Positions 52,363 to 63,296 of a DNA stretch of 64,000 nt are shown one piece after another. Made by a program: the position numbers and the translations under genes. The notes beneath the pieces are model-generated. The model made no database searches. It saw nothing but the letters and a program-made list of their open reading frames with translations, and was not told the DNA's origin. Source of the stretch: Podarcis gaigeae (Eukaryota); NCBI GenBank assembly GCA_964106915.2, contig OZ066918.1. One strand, given 5' to 3'. The stretch's first letter is position 1, and the number at the start of each line of letters is the position of its first letter.

Positions 52363-52528
52363 GTGTGCATTCTCTTACAAAACCTTATCTGTATATTGTG
52401 TGTGTGTCTGCTATTAAGTGGTGATTGTTTAAACTTTTTTTTTTTACCGTGCTTCAGTTTTCACTGAAAACTTTGAAACTGTCTCTACTCAACCTTTATA
52501 TTTATAAACAAAGACCGTATTTCCAATA

Positions 52529-52749
52529 CAGCTTTAGGTTACATACGCTTCAGGTTACACACTCCACTAACCCATAAACAGTGCTTCAGGTTAAGAACTT
52601 TGCTTCAGGATGAGAACAGAAATCGTGCTCTGACAGCGCGGCAGCAGCAGGAGGCCCCATTAGCTAAAGTGGTGCTTCAAGTTAAGAACAGTTTCAGGTT
52701 AAGTACAGACCTCCGGAACAAATTAAGTACTTAACCCGAGGTACCACTG
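52529..52749. mobile_element. Tc1/mariner (Tigger-like) MITE, left TIR damaged
   Basis: Ends TAACCCGAGGTACCACTG|TA; reverse-complement homolog of 24934-25151. Confidence 0.8.
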
Positions 52750-52819
52750 TAATCTCTCCTCACAATGAAAGTGATATATTTTAAACCACTGGGAGAAATA
52801 AAAAGCTTAAAATGCTATA

Positions 52820-52985
52820 CAGTCATACCTCGGGTTACAGACGCTTCAGGTTGCGTTTTTTTGGGTTATGGACCAGCCGAAACCCGGAAGTACCGAAACG
52901 AGTTACTTCCGGATTTTGCGCATGTGCAGAAGTGCTAAATCGCACTTTACGCATGTGCAAAGCGCTGAATCGCAACCCATGTGAT
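52820..52985. mobile_element. Truncated Tc1/mariner MITE
   Basis: TA|CAGTCATACCTCGGGTTACAGACGCTTCAGGTT; related to 61376-61627. Confidence 0.7.
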
Positions 52986-53028
52986 TCATGCACAAGTGCA
53001 GAAATCACTGCCAGACACAAAAATATAT

Positions 53029-53163
53029 AGTTATAGGTAGGTAGCCGTGTTGGTCTGCCGTAGTCGAAACAAACAAACAAAAAATCCTTTCAGTAGCACC
53101 TTAGAGACCAACTAAGTTTGTTATCGGTATGAGCTTTCGTGTGCATGCACACTTCTTCAGATA
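53029..53163 (-). mobile_element. Penelope-like element terminal repeat with hammerhead core
   Basis: GGTAGCCGTGTTGGTCTG...GTAGCACCTTAGAGACCAAC...GGTATGAGCTTTCGTGTGCATGCACACTTCTTCAGATA. Confidence 0.75.
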
Positions 53164-53842
53164 GATATAATTCTTCAAAAGATATAATTGTCTTGTGATC
53201 AAGATTCCTGCTGTATTTCACTATTAGGACTTTTTTTATTTAGGACTTATAAAATGGTGACAAAAGTAGTTGCATTTGTGATAGGAAATAAGATTTAAAA
53301 GGATTTTGATGTATTAGTGATGAAATATTATTTCTATCTTATTAGTTATACATTGAGTACTGTTATGTTATTCATATTTACTTTTTTCCCCTCTCACCTT
53401 TCTCCCAGTAGAGGACCCAAGGCAGCTCACAGCTAAATACAGCTAAAACATGCACAATCGGTATAATTATTAAAAAACAAATTTTGTTGTTGTTGTTGTT
53501 TAGACAAATAAGTATCCCTATTAAAAACAGCCCTGAAAGACTTCTAAACCATTTAAAAGCATAAGTAGATCACACACCTTCATAAGGCTCTGCTGCAACA
53601 GCCAGTTAGTGGCCAAAGGTTTCTGAATCAAGTTTTTGCCTGTCCACAAAAGGAAAGAGCCAACCTAGCCCTCTGTGGCAATGACACAATTTGAGAGCAG
53701 TCCACTTAGCATGCCCATGAAGGTGGCAAGACATGGGAGTAAGGCCTCTCAATAATATCTCGAAGTCTGAGTAGAGTTCTATAGGCAGATGAACCCAATT
53801 CTCCAGATACTTTTTAATGTAGTTGAAACATTTTATAAACAT

Positions 53843-54069
53843 AGTTACAGATAGGTAGCCGTGTTCGTCTGCCATAGTCAAAACAAAAAATTCCTTCCAG
53901 TAGCACCTTAAAAACCAACTAAGTTAGTTCTAGGTATGAGCTTTCGTATGCATGCACACTTCAGGTGTATCTGAAGAAGTGTGCATGCACACGAAAGCTC
54001 ATACCTAGAACTAACTTAGTTGGTCTTTAACTTAGTTGGTCTTTAAGGTGCTACTGGAAGGAATTTTTT
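53843..54069. mobile_element. Penelope-like insertion with inverted terminal-repeat arms
   Basis: Arm 53843-53964 is followed by its partial inverted copy 53967-54069; flanked by a 13-bp direct repeat ATTTTATAAACAT (53830-53842, 54070-54082). Confidence 0.8.
53967..54004 (+). ncRNA. Minimal type I hammerhead ribozyme motif
   Basis: GTAT-CTGAAGA-A-GTGTGCATGCACAC-GAAA-GC-TC^ATAC: CUGANGA and GAAA core, palindromic helix II, UH site, helix I GUAU/AUAC. Confidence 0.7.
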
Positions 54070-54689
54070 ATTTTATAAACATCTTACTGGAAGCCTCAGG
54101 AAACAAAGCAGGACTTACTTCCACATAATTTTTTGCTGGGGCAAACTGCGTATTTTACCAGAGGCATGGTCCTTCCCTTTCTTTGCACACAATATACTCA
54201 CATTAATTTATTACAGGAAGCAATCTGCCTGACATGTTTAAGAACAGATGATGCCACCTCAACAGTTTTTAAAAAACGCAACTCCAAACAAGTTGCTGTT
54301 CGACCCTTACCTGCGCTAAACAGTGGTAATGAAAAGTGGGGAAATGATGTGCCACCCTTTCAGTGAATAATTATGGGCGAAAAGCCTACGCTGCGGTGGC
54401 AGCTTTGAACACACAAGACTCGTACTTTTTGTGCGGCATCGAAGATGAAGAGGGACATCTAGCAACACAAGATTCCTAACTGATGCTTCCTTGGATCTCA
54501 AGCGCGCTCTGCAACACCCTCGCCAAACAGCGATCTGAAGCAGCTTGCGAAAGAGTACAGCGGTGTTGTAATACCAGGTCCAAAGAAGCACCACTGCACA
54601 GTATTTTCCCAAAGAACCCCGCCCCTTTCTGTTTGGGCAGGTATTCCTTGGCAGAGAGCTTTCTTTTAGGTTAAAGTCACCGCTGCAAA

Positions 54690-56390
54690 GCAAGAATTAG
54701 AAGAAATCGCGAAGAATTCGGGAGCGGGAGGCGCTGGGAACCTTCAGAGGTAGGAAGAGGGTTAGTGGGTTATTTCGAAAGGGTGTCCCGATGGCTCCAA
54801 AACTGACCCGCAGCCGATCCAAACGAAGAGCAAGGCTAAAAAGCCCCGCTGCTGCAACAGCTGCCAGCATCGCTGCTCCCTTTCGACGACCCGGCCCCCT
54901 TGGCGGCTCTTCCCTGAGGCACCAGGAGAGCGCCGTCGACGCCAGGGCTGGCGGCGGGGGCGCTCGGAGGACCGCGCTGCCGTGGCTCCTCCTAGAGGTG
55001 GTATGTGGAGAAGGACCCCCCTTCCCCTCCCTACCACCGGCCTCCAGAGCTGCCGCCATTGAAACCATACAATAAAAGCGACGGAAGGGAAAGGAGGAAG
55101 CGCGACGCGGGCATTGCGGCGGCGCCGGAGCGGAGGCGGCAGCAGGCGGGCAGGTGACCGGGAAGGCTCGGGGCGGGGGGAAAGGCTGCTCGGTTAATGC
55201 AACCCCGGAGGACAAGCCGTTGGGGCCCGCAGGGGAGGGTGGGGAAGGAGGAGGCCTGTCGCCGTCACTGGCCGCCCCCGCCCCTCACCCAAAGCGCCCT
55301 CGCGGGAAGGGAAGCGGCCCCCGAAAGCAGCCGCAGCCTCCCGCCCCCCCCATCCCCACGCACGGAGGCGATGCGGGGAGAGGCGCGTCATCCCCGGTAG
55401 GGAGCAACGCGAGGGGAGGAGAGAAAAGGCGGCAGAGAGAGCCGTTGAAACAGAAAAAAGCGGGAGTGGCGGCACCTCAGTGCGCGAGATGAGAATCTCT
55501 TCCCGCTGAGGCTGCGGCACTTTTCCCGCTCCCGTTTTGTCCTCCTCAGAGGTCAATAAAATGCCGCCGAGTGGCGTGAAGGGGGGGGGGAAGGAGCCGC
55601 CGGCCTCTGCGCTGTTTCTCTCTACCCCCCCCCCCATTTCTCTCGGGGGTCGCGATTCCCTCTCTCCCTCCCCACCGCACGGCTCTCCCAAGGGGGAGTG
55701 AGGTGAGGAGAGGTCACTTCCCCGGCGCTTCCCTTTCCGGGGCGCCCTTTCAACGAGAGCCGGTTAACGGCATCTCAACCACTCCCCTCCCCCCCCCCCC
55801 GCTCATCTCGGGCCACAAGCAAAACGAGGAGAGAGGCGGGAATTTGACGAGAGAGCCTGGAGATGGACGCCTCCCCCACCCGCCCCGCCAGAGGCTAGGA
55901 GGACGGGAATTGCGCGGGAAAGGGAAGGCTTTGGTTTCCCAGGGTTCCCTGCGCCTGACTGGCGGCTCGCGCACAAGCGCACGCTCTCCATCCTGCCTCT
56001 TTAAACGCTGCCCCCCCTCACGCCCACCCACACACCCCCTTTAAGAAAAAACTGCCAGCCCGCGTCTTTCAACCGTCCGACCTATGAGCGCGTGCCCTAA
56101 AGAACGTTAGGCGGGGCGGGTCCCTCAGTGCGCGCGCGCCCCGCCCCCGACTCCGTATTAGCAACATCTTCCTCCACGTTCTCGCTCGCTACGTAAATAA
56201 GTTTTAATGCTTTGGCGGTTTGAATTTGAAAGAAACAGAAAGGTTCCTGCTTGAATTTAAAGGCCAGCCCCTTTAAAGAGTGGGGCGTTCTAATATGAGG
56301 ACGAGCAATGTCACACCTCCCTCTTCTGAGAGGGAATGTTATGGATGGAGGAAACGGCCGCGGAGCATGCGCAGTGCGTTTCTTTTTATG
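54690..56390 (+). promoter_or_regulatory. MACROH2A2: CpG island / promoter and non-coding first exon(s) of MACROH2A2
   Basis: Sharp rise in GC and CpG; GC boxes, YY1-like GCCGCCATT (55052), NRF1-like GCATGCGCA (~56365); candidate donors CAG|gtgacc (55153) and GAG|gtgagg (55702). Confidence 0.8.
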
Positions 56391-56709
56391 AAGCGCTGTG
56401 TGTGAGTTGCGAGGTCTTGAGGTTTCCTGTTTTGTTTTTCCAAATGGTTGTCTACCTCTTTTTACATTTTCTCTTATTCTCCCACGCAGCCCCTCAATCG
56501 ATCACTACTGCCATAATAAAAAAAGAACACATATCATGGTTATATCAGCCACTTTGAAACCCCGCCTGTTGACAGGGATGTAAATGTTTTAGATAAATAA
56601 TAGCTATATATTCTGCATCATGCCAGAAGATTTAATGGAAATAATGAAGTTGCCACATAATTTGAGCAATCTGATCTCCCTATCATTTAGGCCCAGTTTC
56701 CACTGAATT

Positions 56710-57067
56710 GGGACGTGGGTGGCGCTGTGGGTTAAACCACAGAGCCTAGGGCTTGCCGTTCAGAAGGTCGGCGGTTCAAATCCCCGCAATGGGGTGAGCC
56801 CCTGTTGCTCAGTCCCAGCTCCTGCCAACCTAGCAGTTTGAAAGAACGTCAAAGTGCAAGTAGATAAATAGGTACTGCTCCGACGGGAAGGTAAATGGTG
56901 TTTCCGTGCGCTGCTCTGGTTCGCCAGAAGCGGCTTAGTCATGCTGGCCACATGACCCAGAAGCTGTACGCTGGCTCCCTCGGCCAGTAAAGTGAGATGA
57001 GTGCCGCAGCTCCAGAGTTGGCGACGACTGGACCTAATGGTCAGGGGTCCCTTTACCTTTGCCTTAC
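56710..57067 (+). mobile_element. Full-length Sauria SINE
   Basis: GGGACGTGGGTGGCGCTGTGGGTTAAACC...GGTTCAAATCC...GGGGTCCCTTTACCTTT; TSD CCACTGAAT at 56700-56708 and 57068-57076. Confidence 0.92.
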
Positions 57068-59546
57068 CCACTGAATGGTAGTCTGGTGATTCCCTTCTCC
57101 CTATCATCTAGTCTAGTGTATATACTTTTCTATATGGGGAACATTAAATCATGGATATCTCCCCCTGCGAGCAGAAGTGCTGCAGCCACTTATAATGCTC
57201 TATTTCTTAACTTTTCATTCTTGGTTTTTTTATTTGTATTTGTGGTTTTACATATTTAGGTAATATTTGTGTGTTTTTGCAGTGCACTGCTTAGAAATAT
57301 TTTGTATATTAAGCAGTATAGAAATTGTCTTAAATGCATTTTTTTAAAAAAGAAAAGAAAAATCAGAAGTGCCCTTTATGTGCTTAGGAAACAAGTGAGA
57401 AGGAGAAGCAGTATCGGCATATCTGCTAGCCTTGCCCACAACCTGTACACCTTCGGTTGAAGGTTTGGTTTGCTATATATTTGGGAGCCCTAAGCTTCCA
57501 CACCTTATACTGAATGTATGAAGGCGATGGATGAGAAGTCAGTAGGCAAACTGGAGGTGGGACCAGTGGGCTCCATGCCCTCCTCTCCCCTGATTCCCTG
57601 AATGCATGGAGAGCATTTCTGAACAGGGCTCACAACACCTAGATAACACTAGAATTAGGTCGCCCTATCTCAGAAATACAAGTAGACATGCAGTTTTCTA
57701 CACAAATGCAAATACTAACATCAGGAATCTATCCACAGACAACACTTCTACCTTTTGGGGTTTTCACTTTTCCTATGTTTCTGTATCTTCAAGAACTACA
57801 AGTCTGACAGGAATTGCATTAAACAGGTGCAGTTTGCTTTATTGTTTTATCCTCATTCTGAGAATGCTGCGGCTGTTTGAATTTCAGCATATAATTTGAT
57901 ACGGGCAAATCCTATTTTGTGCACATTTGATGCACATATGACCGTGCACACACTTGCCAGGTTTGGTACCAGAAGAGGGCAGAATGAGCTTACACGCAGT
58001 CCACTGACTCCGCACAATGACCTGGGACGTAACCTCCGCATAAATGGGTTGCCTGCATTGAAGGCAGAGAGCCTCTGCCAGGGGAAAAGGTTGCCATCCT
58101 ATTTCCCTTCACATAGGCACACAAAAGCTACACAGCACAAACAAATAACAATATAATGATGCATTTAACTAAGCCTAAGTACATGTAACTGAAATAATTG
58201 CAGTTACTTGCCCTTTTTATCACTGCTCCATTTTCCTCCCCTTTGTTGTCTCCTGTGTGCCTCTTTCACTTTGTAAAATGCCAAGCACACAATGGGCATT
58301 ATGTACAGAATCGGGTGTGGGGGTGTGGCCTAGTTTCTGAGCAAATACAGGCTATTTTACCAGATGTGTGTAAGTCAGGTACATCTACATAGTTAGATCA
58401 CAACCCTGAGATCCATTTATCTCTATGCTAGGACAAGTTTCATCTGTGTATGAGGCTTCCAGGTTAAAAGCCACAGATCAGGTCAAATACAAAATGGAAA
58501 TTACTTAAATATTACTTATTACCTATAAGATATATATGCCTTTGTGGCCATATGGAATCAAAATATAGTGTATTCTGATGCAATGGAGGATACAGCTTCC
58601 GTATTTTTTCATAGTTGTGTAGCAAAGACAATTTCAACAGGTACAATTATGCTCACTCCTTCATGACAAATCTGTGCCTTTCAGAAAATTTCACTTTACA
58701 CAATTTTTAAAAATATAGAAGCCTATTTTTAGTTTGCATTGGAACAGCCTAGGATAATATGAGAGGCTATTACATGAACAGGTTTGGTTGTAATAGGAGA
58801 AATTGAATCAGACAAATGGGACATATATCCAGTGTTGCAGTGCGGAGGTGCTTTTGCTCACTGTTCCAGTCAGTACCCTTCCTCCAGGATACTCTATTCC
58901 ATTTCCCCACATAGTTCTCCAGATCCCCCGGACAAATCAGTGTTTCGTGGTCACAGTCTTCACCCTGTTTTTGAGGTGTGTCTCACACAGGTTTTTTTCT
59001 CTCTCAATTCATTTTTGTACTGTACTTCTGCGACATGGGGTTCCTTCACATCTGTTCATAACATCATATGTGTGTGTGATAAAGGTCTTGCAGCCTAAGC
59101 ACTGACACCCACATGAACATCAGACGAAGAAACTGGCTATGAAAACTTTGTTTCAGATGTATCATGGGTGTTGGCAGCTGTGCCATGTTGGTTGTTCACG
59201 TTGTGGACTAGTTGGTACAATACTGAAAGTATTGTTTCCATAGCAATTACATTACTATAGGTCATTTATGTTTTGCAGTTTGTTAAGGGTTGCTGGGAAT
59301 TCTAATTCTGTTGGGGGCAAACTACAGGGCCCAGAATTCTTTGCAGGGGAATGTGTTCTGAACATATAGCGTAGTCAGGTATAGTGTGTACACAGCCTTA
59401 AATCTTGCTCCCCAACATTTTTTAAAAATCCAACTCCTATTATATCACACCCAATATCAATCCTTGTTTCACCCTTTGTATGTTTTATATTAGGACAAGC
59501 AAATAAGAATAATCTGTCAGAAGACTGAAAAACACAGAGCGACAAA

Positions 59547-59718
59547 ATGTCGGCCCGAGGTGGAAAGAAAAAAATGACCAAAATGTCTCGCTCCAGCAGA
59601 GCAGGCGTTATTTTTCCAGTGGGCAGAATGATGCGATACTTAAAGAAAGGAACATACAAATTCCGGATAGGAGTGGGAGCTCCTGTCTACATGGCGGCTG
59701 TCATAGAATATCTAGCAG
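59547..59718 (+). CDS. MACROH2A2: Core histone macro-H2A.2, first coding exon ([10 protein letters not shown]...AAVIEYLA)
   Basis: H2A histone-fold N-terminus with macroH2A2-type residues ([14 protein letters not shown]); acceptor at 59493, donor CAG|gtaaga. Confidence 0.97.
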
Positions 59719-60492
59719 GTAAGAACATGTTTTAATTAAATTAATGAAGTGGCAAGGCCAAGTGCTTGCACAACACTTCTGGAAATGAGGCTGTATAATG
59801 GTAAAGAAATCATTTACTCGTTTGATGTTGAGTTCAAGCTTTTAACAGAGCAGTGGGAATAGTGGACATTTGATCATGCATACTTTATCCCAGGTGGGAA
59901 AGCTTTTCTTTTTTTGTAAGAAGCTTTGGGCACTATATAATTGAAAAGCAGGATATAAATAGAAATCGTCAAATAATAGTGCAATCCTAATCCCTCGATT
60001 ATGGCTGGAGGGGTCAGGATGGCACACTGTTTGCCTCTTTGCCCGCAGAAAGAAGTACTGCCAGTGGAGAGGGTTCCACTGTGCTGGAAGGCCCAGGTGG
60101 GCAGAAAGTTCTTGCCAGTTCTCCTCCTAGTGGGAGCAGGAAGAAAGCTCTGAAATGGTGCATTTAGGAGCAGGGTACTAGCAGCCTGGAACTGGTATAG
60201 TGAAAAGAAAGATTGGAAGCCACCCCCCTGCACTGCAAGCTGGCAATGCTCGGAATGTGCTGCTCTGCTCCTTCCCCATTTAGTAAATTCAGTAAATCAT
60301 TAAAAGCAAAGGTATTGAAATACACACATCCCAGGCTTTTTTCCATTTCAAGGAAGCACCTAGAATTTTACAGATCTATGAAATGAAACTGTGAGGTGGT
60401 TCACAGATGGCCTAAATGTGTAAATTATTTATATAATGAGTCCCAGGAGCAGACGTATCTTGTTACTGACATGTATCCCAATGTATTTGTAG

Positions 60493-60599
60493 CAGAAATA
60501 TTGGAATTGGCTGGTAATGCTGCAAGGGACAACAAAAAGGGAAGAATTGCTCCAAGACACATCCTTCTGGCAGTTGCTAATGATGAGGAGCTGAATCAG
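60493..60599 (+). CDS. MACROH2A2: macroH2A.2 exon (A)[35 protein letters not shown]
   Basis: tag|CA...CAG|gtatgc, 107 bp; restores the reading frame. Confidence 0.97.
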
Positions 60600-61375
60600 G
60601 TATGCTTTACAAACAATTTACAGAAGATAATTGTATTGGATAACTGTTAATTACTGTTGTAGTGCTGTAGTTCAACACTACTAGGGGACAAAATGTTGAA
60701 AAACCAAGATCTTACAGGTTTTTTACAGGTTTTTTTCTGAATTTGCCAAACAAGGTGTTGCATGGCTTGCAGTTATTCTTCATGAATATGTTTGCTGTTC
60801 TTTGTTTAAAGGTTTCAAGGGGGGGAGAAAGTGAAAAAATAAACATTAAGCATGGAAGTGTTTGGAGTCAATTTAAAGCATTCTTATCAACTTATCTGCT
60901 CTACATGGGGCAGCTCTACAGTCATGTGCTTCTGATTTGAATAGTACATTTTTATTAACCAGTATTCAGTAGTTAGACATGCTGCCCCATCACAGAAATG
61001 TTTAAGAAAGGGTATACTAACAGCTATACTGTTATAATGCCACAAAATGCAATCACCTAAACTTCAATCCCATACCTACTTACCTGGGAGTAAACTCCAT
61101 TGAACTTGGTCCAAGTTTAACTGCTGGAGGTTTGTGCTGTTGCTTTCCAATAGTTCTGTTTCAACCATGACTGCCATGGTTTTACACCACTATGAAATCT
61201 ATACAGAGCAGTGTGCAAATATTTCAATGAATGAGATTGATTTAGAGGCTGGGGGGCATTCCTCCCTCTTTTCTCCCCTCCTTTTTGCATCATTCATGTG
61301 GATGAAAGCATCAGCTGAAGCTCAAGACAGGTGTCACAAAGAGTAGCCTATCAGATTGAGATGTGCTACTTTATA

Positions 61376-61627
61376 CAGTGGTACCTCTGGATACGAACGG
61401 GATCCATTCCGGAGCCCCGTTTGCATCCTGAAGTAAACGTAAGATGCGACTGCGGGTGCACGGGTCACATTTCGCTGCTTCCGTGCAGGCGTGTGACGTC
61501 ATTTTGAGCATCTGCGCATGGGCGAGCGACGAAACCCAAAAGTAGCGCGCTCCGCTACTTCCGGGTTGCCGCAGAGCACGACCCAAAAATATTCATCCCG
61601 AAGCTACTTCAACCTGAGGTCTGACTG
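61376..61627. mobile_element. Tc1/mariner (Tigger-like) MITE
   Basis: TA|CAGTGGTACCTC ... GAGGTCTGACTG|TA; CpG-rich, so probably young. Confidence 0.8.
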
Positions 61628-61683
61628 TATCTTTGACATCCATAAACTATGGTACCACCAAAATTATGACGTACCCAATAGAA

Positions 61684-61819
61684 CAGGCTGCCTCAACCTC
61701 GGCTCTCCAGATGTTTTGAGACTACAATTCCCATCATCCCTGACCACTGGCCCTGCTAGCTAGGGATCATGGGAGTTGTAGGCCAAAAATATCTGGAGGG
61801 CCAAGTTTGAGGAAGCCTG
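61684..61819. mobile_element. hAT MITE
   Basis: CAGGCTGCCTCAA ... TTGAGGAAGCCTG terminal inverted repeats; perfect 8-bp TSD CAATAGAA. Confidence 0.9.
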
Positions 61820-62150
61820 CAATAGAACATACCTTTATAAGACCCAACCAAAACGTAATACAACAGTGAATAAACTTCTCCATATCTCCTCAGTTGGCTG
61901 GATATACTATACTGCACTGAAATGTTTAAATATTTTATTGTTCTTGAATGTTTCTGCCACACTTGCCACGATGTCCTGCCACACCAGTGTGGTATGCCAC
62001 ACCCTTTGAGAACTACTGTGGTAGATTGTTAAAAGGGATGGGAAAGTGTGAGAGAGAAAGTTAAGGAATGAGAGGAGTGGGAGGAGACAATGGGCATGGG
62101 CATTGCAGAAAGGATTGATGATGGTTCAGTGTTTATGCATGTGTTCAGAG

Positions 62151-62297
62151 CAGTGGCGTAGCGTGGGTTGTCAGCACCCGGGGCAAGGCAAGTAATTTGC
62201 ACCCCCTAACCCGTGGATTTGCGCCCCCTAACCCTAACCCCCAGCTGTTGCGCCCGGTGCGGCCGGCCCCCCCTGCACCCCCCACGCTACGCCACTG
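62151..62297. mobile_element. hAT (Tip100-like) MITE carrying CCCTAA hexamers
   Basis: Perfect 17-bp TIR CAGTGGCGTAGCGTGGG; perfect 8-bp TSD GTTCAGAG. Confidence 0.92.
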
Positions 62298-63296
62298 GTT
62301 CAGAGGCAGCCCACTCCTGAGTGTTAAGTTTGTGGGAGGGCAAAAGTCTGCAGTAGTTCAGTGATGAGGGGCTTGTACTCTTCATGATCTCAGAGGTGCC
62401 TTTATTCCCAGAACTCTGGCCCAACATTGAAAGTAGACTCCTGAGCTGCCCTAGTGAGGTCTTGGCATAATTTACATTGGAGGAAATTGGGGAGAATAGG
62501 AAGGGAAGCAGGGGTTGGTTTTCCCAGATTGGGGAAGGAACACGAGAAGTGGGATGAAATGGTACACTCTCTGGGTGAAGTTTGCAGCAATGGAGAGGGA
62601 TACTTAACTATTATAGAGAGAAGTGCTAGTAGTTTAATCTCTGTGGGAACTAGGCCACCACACTGCAAAGCGGGGGCAGGGAGGCTACAATTGTTAATGT
62701 TTTATTTTTCTAGAATTCTTACTATAAATTCATTCCCTTATCTTGGGCTAGGTATTTACTGCTGTGCCTCTGTGTTCCTCGACTGTTAAAGTGGACCAGT
62801 GTTCTGTGGTTTATATGCAATATAGTAGTGTTGTTTTTACTTGCTGGATAGCTTGTGGGTTGCCTCACTAGTTTTGTCCACTTAAGCCTTCTGCTTAGCT
62901 CCCAGTTTCTACTTTTGGCAGATTGAGTCTGAATTGTGTTGGCCGCAGCGTTATGTAGCCAGGCATGCTGCTGAGGTGCCAGACTCCACTCCAGAAATAC
63001 TTGGACATGCACAAAAGAGTGGCTCAGTTCTCATCCATGAAATATTGGAGATTGTTATAACAGCATAAACGAGTATATTGTCACCAAAGCTCATGGGCCT
63101 TCAGTATCAGCAATCTGATCTATAAATTGTGTCTTCCTTTTTGTATTAAATGTAGGAAGTATAACTGAATTTATTATTTTTATTTTGCTTATTTGATCAC
63201 ATTTTTATTCTTTTAAGCATGAAAGCAGAGCTGCATTTTTGGAGTTTTTCCATTTTGTACAGTGAATTGTTTGTAAAAACAACAAGCAAATCTATC

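Noticed and set aside
54697-56044. Several 90-170 aa ORFs on both strands in the CpG island
   Set aside because: Expected stop-codon scarcity in GC-rich DNA; low-complexity Pro/Gly/Arg products with no recognisable domain.
61077-61090. TACTTACCTGG, similar to the U1 snRNA 5' end
   Set aside because: No U1 body follows; it belongs to a common short repeat (CAATCC...TACCTGGGAGTAA...CCATTGAA) also seen near 20170-20215.
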